Position numbers and translations under genes: made by a program. 64,000 nucleotides of DNA from a virus: the IMG/VR virus record IMGVR_UViG_3300025914_000003. One strand, 5' to 3'. Below are positions 26,204-34,520 of this stretch, piece by piece. Positions within the stretch are counted from its first letter, which is position 1; each line of letters starts with the position of its first letter. The notes beneath the pieces were generated by a model. It had not been told where the DNA came from. It saw nothing but the letters and a program-made list of their open reading frames with translations, and made no database searches.

Positions 26204-26406
26204 CCACCCCTATCCCTTGCGACGACGATAACTGCAACCTGCCCGTGGGCCATGTTGTCGATGATGTATTGATTATCGAGTCTCGCCATCATGGTAAGCG
26301 GCACCGCCGCACGATTTCCCTGCACTACCTACGAAAGTTGTTGACAGAGTGCGACAAACTCGACATACTCCGCACTGACGGCGTTAAACAGCAAGCGCCG
26401 CCCTGA
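26200..26406 (+). CDS. hypothetical protein
   Basis: ATG 26200 forms an ATGA overlap. The tracked start is 26167. Confidence 0.5.
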   Translation: MTTPIPCDDDNCNLPVGHVVDDVLIIESRHHGKRHRRTISLHYLRKLLTECDKLDILRTDGVKQQAPP

Positions 26407-26434
26407 GTTGACATTCTTCAAGTGCTTCTTGGTA

Positions 26435-26488
26435 AGCCCGCGCTGAGTGAGTCGAACGTACTCCACTTGTCGCGGGCTTTCTCTATTT
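26435..26488 (+). terminator. hairpin plus T-rich tail upstream of the scaffold and capsid genes
   Basis: AGCCCGCG (26435-26442) pairs with CGCGGGCT (26471-26478) and is followed by TTTCTCTATTTT. The loop is long (28 nt) with inner GAGT/ACTC pairing. Confidence 0.4.
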
Positions 26489-26507
26489 TGACAACTGAGG
26501 TTAGTGA

Positions 26508-27143
26508 ATGGCAGACGACAACTCCACTGCCGCCGAGTCGCAAACCACTGACGCAGCCGCTGGCGGTCAACAAGCGGGCGACAAGGCAAAGGCAGGCGCG
26601 GAAACTCAGACCGCAAAGACTTCCACTGAGGGACAGCAGCAGCAACAGACGCAACAGCAGCAATCGACAAAGACCGACGCCGATGAGAGCGACGATAAAC
26701 AGTTCTCGCAGGAACAGGTCAACAAGATTGTGCAGAAGCGCATTGACAAGGCGGTTCGACGTGAACTGATTAAACGTGGCATCGATCCCGACGACAAGGA
26801 CACGGGGAAAGACGCCAAGCCAACCGTCGAAACCGTCGCCAAGGAACGCGACGACTTAGCGCAGCGACTACGCACGCTTGAGGCTCGTGACCAACTTGAG
26901 ACGTTCATTGCCGATAAGCGGAACAATCTACAAGTGCGAAACATCCGGGGATTGTTCAAGTACGTCAAAGATGATCTGGAATTTGACGATGAGGGCAATG
27001 TGACGAACTTCAAAGACGTGCTCACGCAGGCCAAGAGTGAGGCAGGCGAATTCTTCGGCGTGAATCATGGCTCGGCGGATGGAGGCAAGGGTAATAACCA
27101 GCCCGCCACTGTAGATATGAACACGCTGATACGCGGACGCTGA
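26508..27143 (+). CDS. scaffolding protein (DUF4355-like)
   Basis: Acidic, Gln-rich N-terminus and FSQEQVNKIVQKRIDKAVRRE. Lies immediately upstream of the capsid gene. Confidence 0.7.
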   Translation: MADDNSTAAESQTTDAAAGGQQAGDKAKAGAETQTAKTSTEGQQQQQTQQQQSTKTDADESDDKQFSQEQVNKIVQKRIDKAVRRELIKRGIDPDDKDTGKDAKPTVETVAKERDDLAQRLRTLEARDQLETFIADKRNNLQVRNIRGLFKYVKDDLEFDDEGNVTNFKDVLTQAKSEAGEFFGVNHGSADGGKGNNQPATVDMNTLIRGR

Positions 27144-27183
27144 GAGTCGAGTCGCTAGCCGAATCCCAGTGGAGGAGCATTAG

Positions 27184-28125
27184 ATGCCCTACGACTCAAT
27201 TATCTCGCGCACTGATGTAGCTGCGCTGATTCCCGAGCAAGTCTCAAACGATCTGCTTAAAGGCCTGACTTATCAGTCTGCGGCGCTTGAACTAAGCACG
27301 CGCACGACTATCGCCACCTCGCAAACGCGAATGCCCGTAATTGCCGCGCTTCCGACTGCTTACTTCGTCAACGGCGACACGGGACTGAAGCAGACCACTG
27401 AAGCAGCGTGGGCCAACAAGTTCCTGAACGTCGAGGAGATCGCGGCTATCGTGCCCATTCCTGAGAACGTGCTGGACGATTCTGCGTTCGACATCTGGGG
27501 CACGGTGCGACCGCTACTGGAGCAGGCCGCGGGCCGTACTCTTGATGCTGCTATCTTCTTTGGTGTTAACAAGCCCGCGTCATGGCCGGATGACATTGCC
27601 ACCGCCGCAGCCGCTGCCGGCAATACTGTTGACAGGGGTACGAACCTCGCCGCGACAGGCGGATTGGCGGGTGACATCAGCGATGTGTTTGCAACAGTTG
27701 AGGGCGACGGCTTTTCAGTGACAGGTGTGGTGACGCAGCGCTCCTACCTGGGCCGATTCCGTCAGGTACGTTCCACGCAGGGCGAACGCCTTCTCGATGT
27801 GGATCTTAACGGCAAGATGGTGGAAGGTGCCCCCTATCGCATCTCAATGGACGGGCTGTGGCCGACAGGCTCCAACTCCGCAGAGTTGTTCGCCGGCGAC
27901 TTCTCGAATTCCATTGTCGGCGTGCGTAAGGACTTCACTTACAAGCGGCTGAGTGAGGCTGTCATTCAGGACAACACAGGTGCGATCGTGTACAACCTCG
28001 CGCAGCAGGATATGATAGCGCTCCGGCTGACTTTCCGAGTGGCGTGGCAGGTCGCAAACTTATTGAACTACCAGCAGCCTGTCGAAGCGAGCCGGTATCC
28101 TTGGGGAATCCTGGTTACGCCGTAA
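27184..28125 (+). CDS. major capsid protein, HK97 fold
   Basis: LNVEEIAAIVPIPENVLDDSAFDIWGTVRPLLEQAAGRTLDAAIFFG is the typical Phage_capsid core pattern. Confidence 0.9.
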   Translation: MPYDSIISRTDVAALIPEQVSNDLLKGLTYQSAALELSTRTTIATSQTRMPVIAALPTAYFVNGDTGLKQTTEAAWANKFLNVEEIAAIVPIPENVLDDSAFDIWGTVRPLLEQAAGRTLDAAIFFGVNKPASWPDDIATAAAAAGNTVDRGTNLAATGGLAGDISDVFATVEGDGFSVTGVVTQRSYLGRFRQVRSTQGERLLDVDLNGKMVEGAPYRISMDGLWPTGSNSAELFAGDFSNSIVGVRKDFTYKRLSEAVIQDNTGAIVYNLAQQDMIALRLTFRVAWQVANLLNYQQPVEASRYPWGILVTP

Positions 28126-28202
28126 TGGATAGTGCGCAGATCACGGTTAGACGCGGTGGCGCAAAGTTTACCGACAGCGGTTACTTTCACGGAGGTTTAA
28201 AA

Positions 28203-28562
28203 ATGGCGGACAAGCTTAACGAACGGCCCGTCGCAGAAGGCGGGCTGAAGAAGGGCGGCGAACTTGGCGGCAAACAGGTTCAGGAAAAGATGGATGAAGA
28301 ACAGGAGAAAGGCTATCGAGGTTTCGTCCCTGACCCGACACCGAACGAGAACTACACTGTTGCGGGGGTGACCAAAGGGGCCCCGACACCAGAGAACAAT
28401 CCGCAGGCTGCGGCTGATGCTGGTTCGACAAAGTTTGCTCAGGTCAATCCGGAACCAGCCAAACCCGCCGAGAAGGTCAAACTGAAACATGCCGATGGAC
28501 GCGAGATTCGCGTCAGTCCAAAGTTAAAGTCTCAGTACCCCGATTACAAGGAAGGTAAATAA
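28203..28562 (+). CDS. hypothetical head-associated protein
   Basis: ATG 28203 lies behind GGAGG. The tracked ORF 28044 overlaps the capsid gene. Confidence 0.6.
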   Translation: MADKLNERPVAEGGLKKGGELGGKQVQEKMDEEQEKGYRGFVPDPTPNENYTVAGVTKGAPTPENNPQAAADAGSTKFAQVNPEPAKPAEKVKLKHADGREIRVSPKLKSQYPDYKEGK

Positions 28563-28564
28563 AG

Positions 28565-28828
28565 ATGCCCGCAGTCAAGATGGTGCCAATCAAGAACGAG
28601 GATGGCCAGACGGTTGCTCAGTATTTTGAGTCTAGTAACTCCTTTGTTGCGGCGGTCACAAAGAACCGGATGCCGATGTTCCGCGCCGATGGCAAACCAG
28701 TCAACGTCAATCGCAAGCTCCACGCGCGCGGCCACTATGATGATCGTCACGGCTTTCAGACACCAGAGCAGCATCGGCTGGCGAATGCTCGGGCTACCGC
28801 TGCGATCAAGCGAGAGGAGAGCAAATGA
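28565..28828 (+). CDS. hypothetical protein
   Basis: 87-aa ORF. Confidence 0.55.
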   Translation: MPAVKMVPIKNEDGQTVAQYFESSNSFVAAVTKNRMPMFRADGKPVNVNRKLHARGHYDDRHGFQTPEQHRLANARATAAIKREESK

Positions 28829-29232
28829 GCAGTCAGGCTCCACTGTCACGCACTTATGAAGTTGACGCCGACGCCGTTGCTGCCGCGTCCGATGCGTCTC
28901 GTGTAATTTGTCGTGCTGAATACGCGGGCACGGTGACGGCGGTGACGTATACGCCGAATGCGCAACTTACGGGAGCGAATACTGAATCGCGCACTCTCAG
29001 CGTCGTGAATAAAGGGACTGACGGTAATGGCACAACTTCAGTAGCGAGCAAGGCGTTCACTTCAGGCGTCAACGCCGACGACTTCGACGAGACGGCGATC
29101 ACGCTCAGTGGCACCGCTGCGAACCTCGTGGTGGCTGACGGGCAAATCCTGGCATTCGTCTCCACGCACGTTGGCACCACCGGACTGGCCGATCCTGGCG
29201 GCAAGGTGCGGGTGACGATTAGTCGAAGCTAA
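28825..29232 (+). CDS. hypothetical beta-rich structural protein (possible head decoration protein)
   Basis: 135 aa, rich in Thr, Ala and Gly. The role is inferred from its position after the capsid gene only. Confidence 0.5.
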   Translation: MSSQAPLSRTYEVDADAVAAASDASRVICRAEYAGTVTAVTYTPNAQLTGANTESRTLSVVNKGTDGNGTTSVASKAFTSGVNADDFDETAITLSGTAANLVVADGQILAFVSTHVGTTGLADPGGKVRVTISRS

Positions 29233-29426
29233 TGAGAGCGCCGACTGAAGAGGAGCAGCGTGCAGAGGACTATCGTCGCAGTGCGGTGAAGCGTAAACGA
29301 GCAATGGCGGAACGAAGACGCAAGTTACGAGGTAACAGTGGCGCACGAGCGCAGTTAGCACGAAACTGGAAGCCACTACTTGCAGATGAATGCGGGGATA
29401 CAAGCTATCCTGAGAATCGAAAGTAA
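29232..29426 (+). CDS. hypothetical basic protein
   Basis: 64-aa ORF with a TAATG junction. Confidence 0.45.
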   Translation: MRAPTEEEQRAEDYRRSAVKRKRAMAERRRKLRGNSGARAQLARNWKPLLADECGDTSYPENRK

Positions 29427-29429
29427 CCG

Positions 29430-29795
29430 ATGCCGCTGACTTACACAGATCCCGTCTCAACTTATAGCGATGCGGTATTCACCGCGCTCGAGAAGGAACG
29501 TATCCGCGACATCCTGCAACTGGACGCACTCTCGTCGCTCGACACTCCCATCAGTGAACTAACCGCGGACCAGCGGAAGGCCACGCGCTACGACATAGAC
29601 CTGTGGATCAACGATGTCGGCGAAGGGACGGTAGCGGTGAATGGCGCAAATGATGGCGTAGACTTCTCAACGACGAGAGATAGGAATGCGATACGCAACC
29701 GAGTGGCTCTACGACTAGGATTCAGCATCCCTGCCACTGGTGGGTTATTCCGCATCCCAGTAGTTAGTGGTTACGGCTGTTACGATGAATACTGA
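29430..29795 (+). CDS. head-tail connector candidate
   Basis: Called on size and position only. Confidence 0.5.
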   Translation: MPLTYTDPVSTYSDAVFTALEKERIRDILQLDALSSLDTPISELTADQRKATRYDIDLWINDVGEGTVAVNGANDGVDFSTTRDRNAIRNRVALRLGFSIPATGGLFRIPVVSGYGCYDEY

Positions 29796-30157
29796 TGGCT
29801 TTCGGGATTAATGTTGCAAAGGGTCGATCAAAAGGCCATGACGTACGGCGGAAGTTGTATCTTGGCAAAGACGCAACACTGATCCTCATCAAAGGCAGTC
29901 GCGGAGAGCAGAAATTGGCGGAATTGACAACCGGATGGAATTTGGACTTGCGCGAGCGAATTGAGCCTGTAACAGGCGCCCGCTACTATCCGCTCTATAT
30001 CGATGACTCGAGTGGTGAGCGATTGCAGGTGCTGAAGGATATGGTGGCGGTGAGGTTTAACGGTAATTACTACAAACCAATTGCCAAGCCGAACTTTCAA
30101 AGCGCGATTCCAAGCTACGTTTTTAAGGTGCAGGATATAGGGCCGCAGCTAATATGA
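29795..30157 (+). CDS. head-tail adaptor or head-closure candidate
   Basis: Position, plus a C-terminal ...VRFNGNYYKPI pattern reminiscent of SPP1 gp16-type adaptors. Confidence 0.5.
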   Translation: MAFGINVAKGRSKGHDVRRKLYLGKDATLILIKGSRGEQKLAELTTGWNLDLRERIEPVTGARYYPLYIDDSSGERLQVLKDMVAVRFNGNYYKPIAKPNFQSAIPSYVFKVQDIGPQLI

Positions 30158-30588
30158 GCACGCCGCTAGCTCGAGTTGAGTACGGCAGAATCTTTGACAA
30201 CTACGAACGCGAAGTGCGCCGCCTGCGTGACGAAGCGCTACGTGACTCTGGCAAGGTCATGCGCCGCGAGCAGGAAGCGTCGATGCGGTTGCGCTGGTAT
30301 CGCTCTGGAGCATCGGTCGAATCGCTCAGCGAGAAGACGACAGCGGACGAGGAGACAGCCACCTACTCGCTTACTGTCGGCACCTTCTACAGCATCTTCG
30401 GTGAGTACGGTACTGGTAGGCGAGGTGCAGCGACAGGCCAGCCGACACCGCCGTTCTATCGCTATGGTAGCAAGCCGGGAATGGCAGCAAGGAGATTCAG
30501 TAGATTAGCAATTGAGGTTGCGCTGCCGCAGATTCGAGACATCCACTTGCTGAAAGCGCGACAGTTTGCGGCAAGTGTAACGAGATAA
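30154..30588 (+). CDS. HK97 gp10-like head-tail joining protein
   Basis: Contains the FGEYGTGRRG motif (EfGT-like) and is in the expected position. Confidence 0.6.
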   Translation: MSTPLARVEYGRIFDNYEREVRRLRDEALRDSGKVMRREQEASMRLRWYRSGASVESLSEKTTADEETATYSLTVGTFYSIFGEYGTGRRGAATGQPTPPFYRYGSKPGMAARRFSRLAIEVALPQIRDIHLLKARQFAASVTR

Positions 30589-30591
30589 GCG

Positions 30592-30807
30592 ATGGAAGTT
30601 TATGAGGTTGGCACAGAAGTTCTACTTGATAACGAAATCCCGGCACGCATCACCGCTATCTGTATCAAGGGCGTAGAGCATCGACTGACTTACGAATGTA
30701 CCTGGTGGGATGAGCGAGTGCGTAAATGTGACTGGTTAGATCCCTGGGAAATTACAGCAAGAAGCGAACTAGCTCGTAAGCGCTCACTAAAGTTTATGAA
30801 GATATGA
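30592..30807 (+). CDS. hypothetical protein
   Basis: 71-aa ORF. Confidence 0.5.
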   Translation: MEVYEVGTEVLLDNEIPARITAICIKGVEHRLTYECTWWDERVRKCDWLDPWEITARSELARKRSLKFMKI

Positions 30808-30808
30808 G

Positions 30809-31390
30809 ATGCCGCCACCGACGCCGAACGAAATCAGGACGCAAATCAAAGCGTTACTGACTCCAGTAATCGCCACTTCGACAACGAAGAAGGCCAAGAT
30901 CATTGAATACTTAGCATGGGCGTTCCGTGAAGGCAGCGGGGAAGACCCGTCGAACCTGCGCAGTGAACTTGATCCAGTGCCGTTACTGGAAGGCGGTGGG
31001 GTGATTGACCGAGTGAACTGCCTGATGTTCAGCGATGGACCATTTACGCAGGAGTTGCCAGAACCACCGAGTGACCCGCGCATTACGACGCCGCGAGGGA
31101 AGGCGATAGTCACGCGCCGGATTCGATTCGCTTACTTCTACCAGTTTGGAGAGGAAAGTGAGTTGACGTTCAGTGACAATGTGGAAGTGATTCGCCGCAC
31201 GTTGAACGCAAACCCGAAACTGGGATTTGCTACCGTGGTCGATTATAAGGCCGGACCAGCGCAATTCATTAATGGTCACAACGGATTACAACTGACTGCG
31301 ACGCCACTGGAAGCATTTGGCAATACGTTATGCCACGTAGCGGTAGGGGATTTGGAAGTGAGAGTGATTGATCCGTTAGAAGGGAATTAA
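30809..31390 (+). CDS. tail completion or terminator candidate
   Basis: Called on position only. Confidence 0.45.
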   Translation: MPPPTPNEIRTQIKALLTPVIATSTTKKAKIIEYLAWAFREGSGEDPSNLRSELDPVPLLEGGGVIDRVNCLMFSDGPFTQELPEPPSDPRITTPRGKAIVTRRIRFAYFYQFGEESELTFSDNVEVIRRTLNANPKLGFATVVDYKAGPAQFINGHNGLQLTATPLEAFGNTLCHVAVGDLEVRVIDPLEGN

Positions 31391-31392
31391 CT

Positions 31393-32013
31393 ATGAAACT
31401 GAGTGACGCGATTCGATTTGGCCGCACTCTGCGACCTGAATCCCATCAGGCGGGCCATCCGTTCGTCCGTGTGGCGAATGAAGACGGCCTGCGCAGTGAT
31501 CCGTTAGGCGCAGCGGTCGAAGCGGTGCATTCACCTATCGTCAACCGTAGCTGGACTGACGCTACCTACGAGACTGACATGGCTGTATTCGACGAGCTCC
31601 TGCATCGCTATTTCGACACCTACTTTCACACATCGGCCAACTGTCCTGGCGCAGACCCGCGTAAGTACGTCCGCGCCGGCGCCCGCATGACCAGCGGTCG
31701 CAAAGGCGAGTACGTCATCGAAAGCGAACACGAGCAGGCCATCGGCGCGATCACTACCGACTGTCGGCTGGTTCTCAATCTGGCCCAGTTCGTCGAGCAT
31801 GCCTTCTATGTCCATAACTGGACCACTGAGGAATGCGCGCAGGCGATTGAATACTACGAGCAGGGGCAGCGGGTGGTAGTGGCGCAGTCGTTTGAGCACT
31901 ATCAGGATGAGTCAGTGCGCCGTGCTACTTCCGCGAAACTGACCGACGCCGCCTGGCAGCGCGAGTTGCAACGTCGTCAGCATCAAACAGGCAATCGAGT
32001 TTACGTCCACTGA
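31393..32013 (+). CDS. hypothetical non-structural-looking protein inserted between tail genes
   Basis: 206-aa ORF opening MKLSDAIRFGRTLRPE. Confidence 0.6.
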   Translation: MKLSDAIRFGRTLRPESHQAGHPFVRVANEDGLRSDPLGAAVEAVHSPIVNRSWTDATYETDMAVFDELLHRYFDTYFHTSANCPGADPRKYVRAGARMTSGRKGEYVIESEHEQAIGAITTDCRLVLNLAQFVEHAFYVHNWTTEECAQAIEYYEQGQRVVVAQSFEHYQDESVRRATSAKLTDAAWQRELQRRQHQTGNRVYVH

Positions 32014-32027
32014 AGGAGGCACTTACT

Positions 32028-32783
32028 TTGCCACTAACATCGCTCCAAGGCCCTGTGTTCACCGCCAATCGTGACGGCTCCGGCAACCCTGTCAACTACG
32101 CCTGGGCAGGCAACTCGCCTGACTCCAGTGTTGGGCTGTCAACTGAGACGCTCACACATAAGGAGTCCTATACAGGTAATCGTACGACCGATGCGCGAAT
32201 TATCACTGAGACGACTGCCACTATCTCGATCACCGTAGACGACTTCAAAGAGTCGAACTTTGCGATGGCGGCGTACGGCGTGGCGGCGGCTATCTCGGGC
32301 GGTGCGGTGACGGGTGAAGCGGTGTTGACGGCCGCTCCGGTCATTGGTGAACGCTACGCTCTCAAGGCTACTGGCCGGGTCAGTGCTGTCACGCTCAAAG
32401 ACAACGCCGTAGCAATCACCAGCACAAAGTACGATGTCGACGCGTCAGGCGTGATTGTTTTCAATGATGTCACCGGCATGACCGGACCAATTACCGCCGA
32501 TTACACCGAAGCCGCCAGTCGGCAAGTAGGCGTGTTCAAGACAGCGCCGCCTGAAAAGCATGTCCGCGTTGATGGATACAATACCGCGCGCACTATCTCA
32601 GGTGACTTTGAGCGATTGGTGCTGGATGCATTCAAGACTCGACTTGATCCGCTGGAGACGCTGAACCTCATCCATGACGAGTTCGGCACAATGGTTATCA
32701 ACGGCTCGGTGCTGGTGGATACAACCAAGTCGCAGGCTTCTGCAACCGGCCAGTTCATGCGACTGATTTACTTCGACGCTTAA
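32028..32783 (+). CDS. major tail (tube) protein candidate (TTG start)
   Basis: 251 aa, beta-rich, upstream of the chaperone and tape measure genes. Confidence 0.55.
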   Translation: MPLTSLQGPVFTANRDGSGNPVNYAWAGNSPDSSVGLSTETLTHKESYTGNRTTDARIITETTATISITVDDFKESNFAMAAYGVAAAISGGAVTGEAVLTAAPVIGERYALKATGRVSAVTLKDNAVAITSTKYDVDASGVIVFNDVTGMTGPITADYTEAASRQVGVFKTAPPEKHVRVDGYNTARTISGDFERLVLDAFKTRLDPLETLNLIHDEFGTMVINGSVLVDTTKSQASATGQFMRLIYFDA

Positions 32784-32802
32784 AACACAGGGAGAGCAAC
32801 TA

Positions 32803-33126
32803 ATGCCGACGAGATTCGAGCAACGTGACAAGGACGGGAATCTAACCGAAACGTACATCATCAGCGACGAGAAGCAGAAGGCCGATCCTGAAGTTCTCCT
32901 ACGTGCGTGGTCGGCGGAGAAGGGCAAGCCGCGCTCAGTGCCGGAAGGCTACGAGCACATCGGCTCGACGGATGGCGACCCCGATGCGCTGCGTACCGAA
33001 GGCACTACCCACTACTATGCCAAGTCCGGCAGTTACGAAAAGGAGAAGCCGTCGAAGTTGAGTGGATTGCGTGCGGTAGTAGCGGAGGCTGAGGTGCGCA
33101 AGGAGGGCGAGGTGATACCGAAGTGA
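32803..33126 (+). CDS. hypothetical protein
   Basis: 107-aa ORF. Confidence 0.55.
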   Translation: MPTRFEQRDKDGNLTETYIISDEKQKADPEVLLRAWSAEKGKPRSVPEGYEHIGSTDGDPDALRTEGTTHYYAKSGSYEKEKPSKLSGLRAVVAEAEVRKEGEVIPK

Positions 33127-33680
33127 CCCCGGAGACTTTTGTGAACGCCGCTGGTACGCATTACGGCGAAGAGTCAGCTCCCGCGCCTGCTGTCCCCGCT
33201 CGCCAAACCGATTCCGAGGAAATCGTCAACGCTCCCGCTATTGTTAAAGCCTTTGGCCGTGAGTACGCCATCAAGCGCTTCAGTATGGCGCAGGTGTTTC
33301 GCTCGGTCGAACACGTTGCTCCATTCAGTTACGTGCTGAAACAAATTCTCATGCTTCCCCGTCAGGAGATCACACTGCCCGATGGCAAGAAGCAACAGCA
33401 GATCCTCATCACCGATCAGCAGAAAATGGAATTTGCCATCACTGCACTCTCCATCAGTGGTCCATCAGCCCTCGGACTAATCTCCGTCGCTACCAATGAA
33501 CCTATCGAATGGCTGGAGATGGATGACAAGAACCCGCTCGATGGCTTACGCGTACTTGCTGCCGTACTGGAGAAGAACCTCGATTTTTTTACCCCCGAGA
33601 ACATCGACGAAGTGACCCGCATGGTCGGCGGGTTGACACGCGCAGTAGTCGCGTTCTCTGGCAGCACCTCGATGACCTAG
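33123..33680 (+). CDS. tail assembly chaperone (gpG analogue)
   Basis: Lies immediately upstream of the tape measure region and carries the slippery site. Confidence 0.65.
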   Translation: MTPETFVNAAGTHYGEESAPAPAVPARQTDSEEIVNAPAIVKAFGREYAIKRFSMAQVFRSVEHVAPFSYVLKQILMLPRQEITLPDGKKQQQILITDQQKMEFAITALSISGPSALGLISVATNEPIEWLEMDDKNPLDGLRVLAAVLEKNLDFFTPENIDEVTRMVGGLTRAVVAFSGSTSMT

Positions 33681-34087
33681 TTCACGCCGGTCATAGCTAC
33701 GATGTAATCCTCAACCAGTACACGCTGGTCCACTTCAATAGATTCCTGCGCGAGATAGACGCTCGACATCGGCGCGAGTTCATCCGGTCAGTTCATGCGA
33801 TTCGTATTGCTCAGTACGATCTCAAGCACTTCAAGGAAGCGATTCGACGACTGGAACAGCAGGACCGTCAAATTCGCCGACAGGAAGCAAGACTTGATGG
33901 GCGCCGCTGGCAGGAGTCAATTAGCGATGTCGAGGCTGAAGCGCTGGATTCGCAGCGACAGGAGTATTTATCCGATTGGAGCGAGAGTGAGCGTGAGCGA
34001 TTCAAACAGCAGCAATCGCAGATGTGGGGTTTAATTCCGCCAGAGCACAGGTTGAAAGCGGAAAGGTTTGCACGTGGGTTGATGTGA
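33123..34087 (+). CDS. gpGT-like frameshift fusion product (33123..33590 joined in the -1 frame to 33590..34087)
   Basis: The 166-codon -1 frame extension has no start codon of its own and encodes a plausible charged helical sequence. Confidence 0.55.
33584..33590 (+). promoter_or_regulatory. -1 programmed frameshift slippery heptamer T_TTT_TTT
   Basis: The zero frame reads gat ttt ttt acc. The -1 frame is open from here to TGA 34085-34087. Confidence 0.55.
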
Positions 34088-34102
34088 TAGAATTGGTGGG
34101 CC

Positions 34103-34291
34103 ATGTTGGAACAAGATGATAAGCAGTTACAATTGGCTGACTTTGAGTGTATCTGCGGATTAAAGACCCAAGTGCCGTTCGATGCAGAAGATGGAACCAT
34201 CACCATTCCTACGCATGAATGTCTCTCTGTAGAACAAATGAAGGAGAAGACCGCGAGCGCCGAGGTCGGAGTCTTTCGATATGCTTATTGA
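34103..34291 (+). CDS. hypothetical small protein
   Basis: 62-aa ORF. Confidence 0.4.
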   Translation: MLEQDDKQLQLADFECICGLKTQVPFDAEDGTITIPTHECLSVEQMKEKTASAEVGVFRYAY

Positions 34292-34460
34292 TGTTCGCTG
34301 CCAGCACTGCCAGCATCTTCTCTGCCGCGTCTCCCGCGACTTTTACGGCATTGTTGAGGTGAAGTGCGATAAGTGTAAGCGGCTCCAGAAAGTGTCGCTC
34401 AGCTTCATCTTGCGACAAGTTCCCCCGCCTGATGTAAAACCTGCTACAATCCCCCGCTAG
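34281..34460 (+). CDS. Mu Com-like zinc-finger protein (59 aa, below the ORF-track cutoff)
   Basis: MLIDVRCQHCQHLLCRV...IVEVKCDKCKRLQKV parallels Mu Com (..IRCxxCxxLLfk...IEIrCPRCKR). GGAG lies 8 nt upstream. Confidence 0.65.
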   Translation: MLIDVRCQHCQHLLCRVSRDFYGIVEVKCDKCKRLQKVSLSFILRQVPPPDVKPATIPR

Positions 34461-34520
34461 AGCGCCCGCAGAATCTTCATCTCAGAGCGCCAAACGGAAT
34501 CAACCCCGTGAGGCGCATCC

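Noticed and set aside
26606-27034. 142-aa minus-strand ORF and a CAG/CAA-rich tract (about 26636-26665).
   Set aside because: The ORF is antisense to the scaffold gene. The repeat simply encodes a poly-Gln stretch (QQQQTQQQQ) in the scaffold N-terminus and is not a standalone microsatellite element.
28044-28202. Upstream extension of ORF 28044..28562 that overlaps the capsid gene.
   Set aside because: It overlaps the 3' end of the major capsid gene out of frame. A Met at 28203 with a GGAGG SD is the more plausible start.
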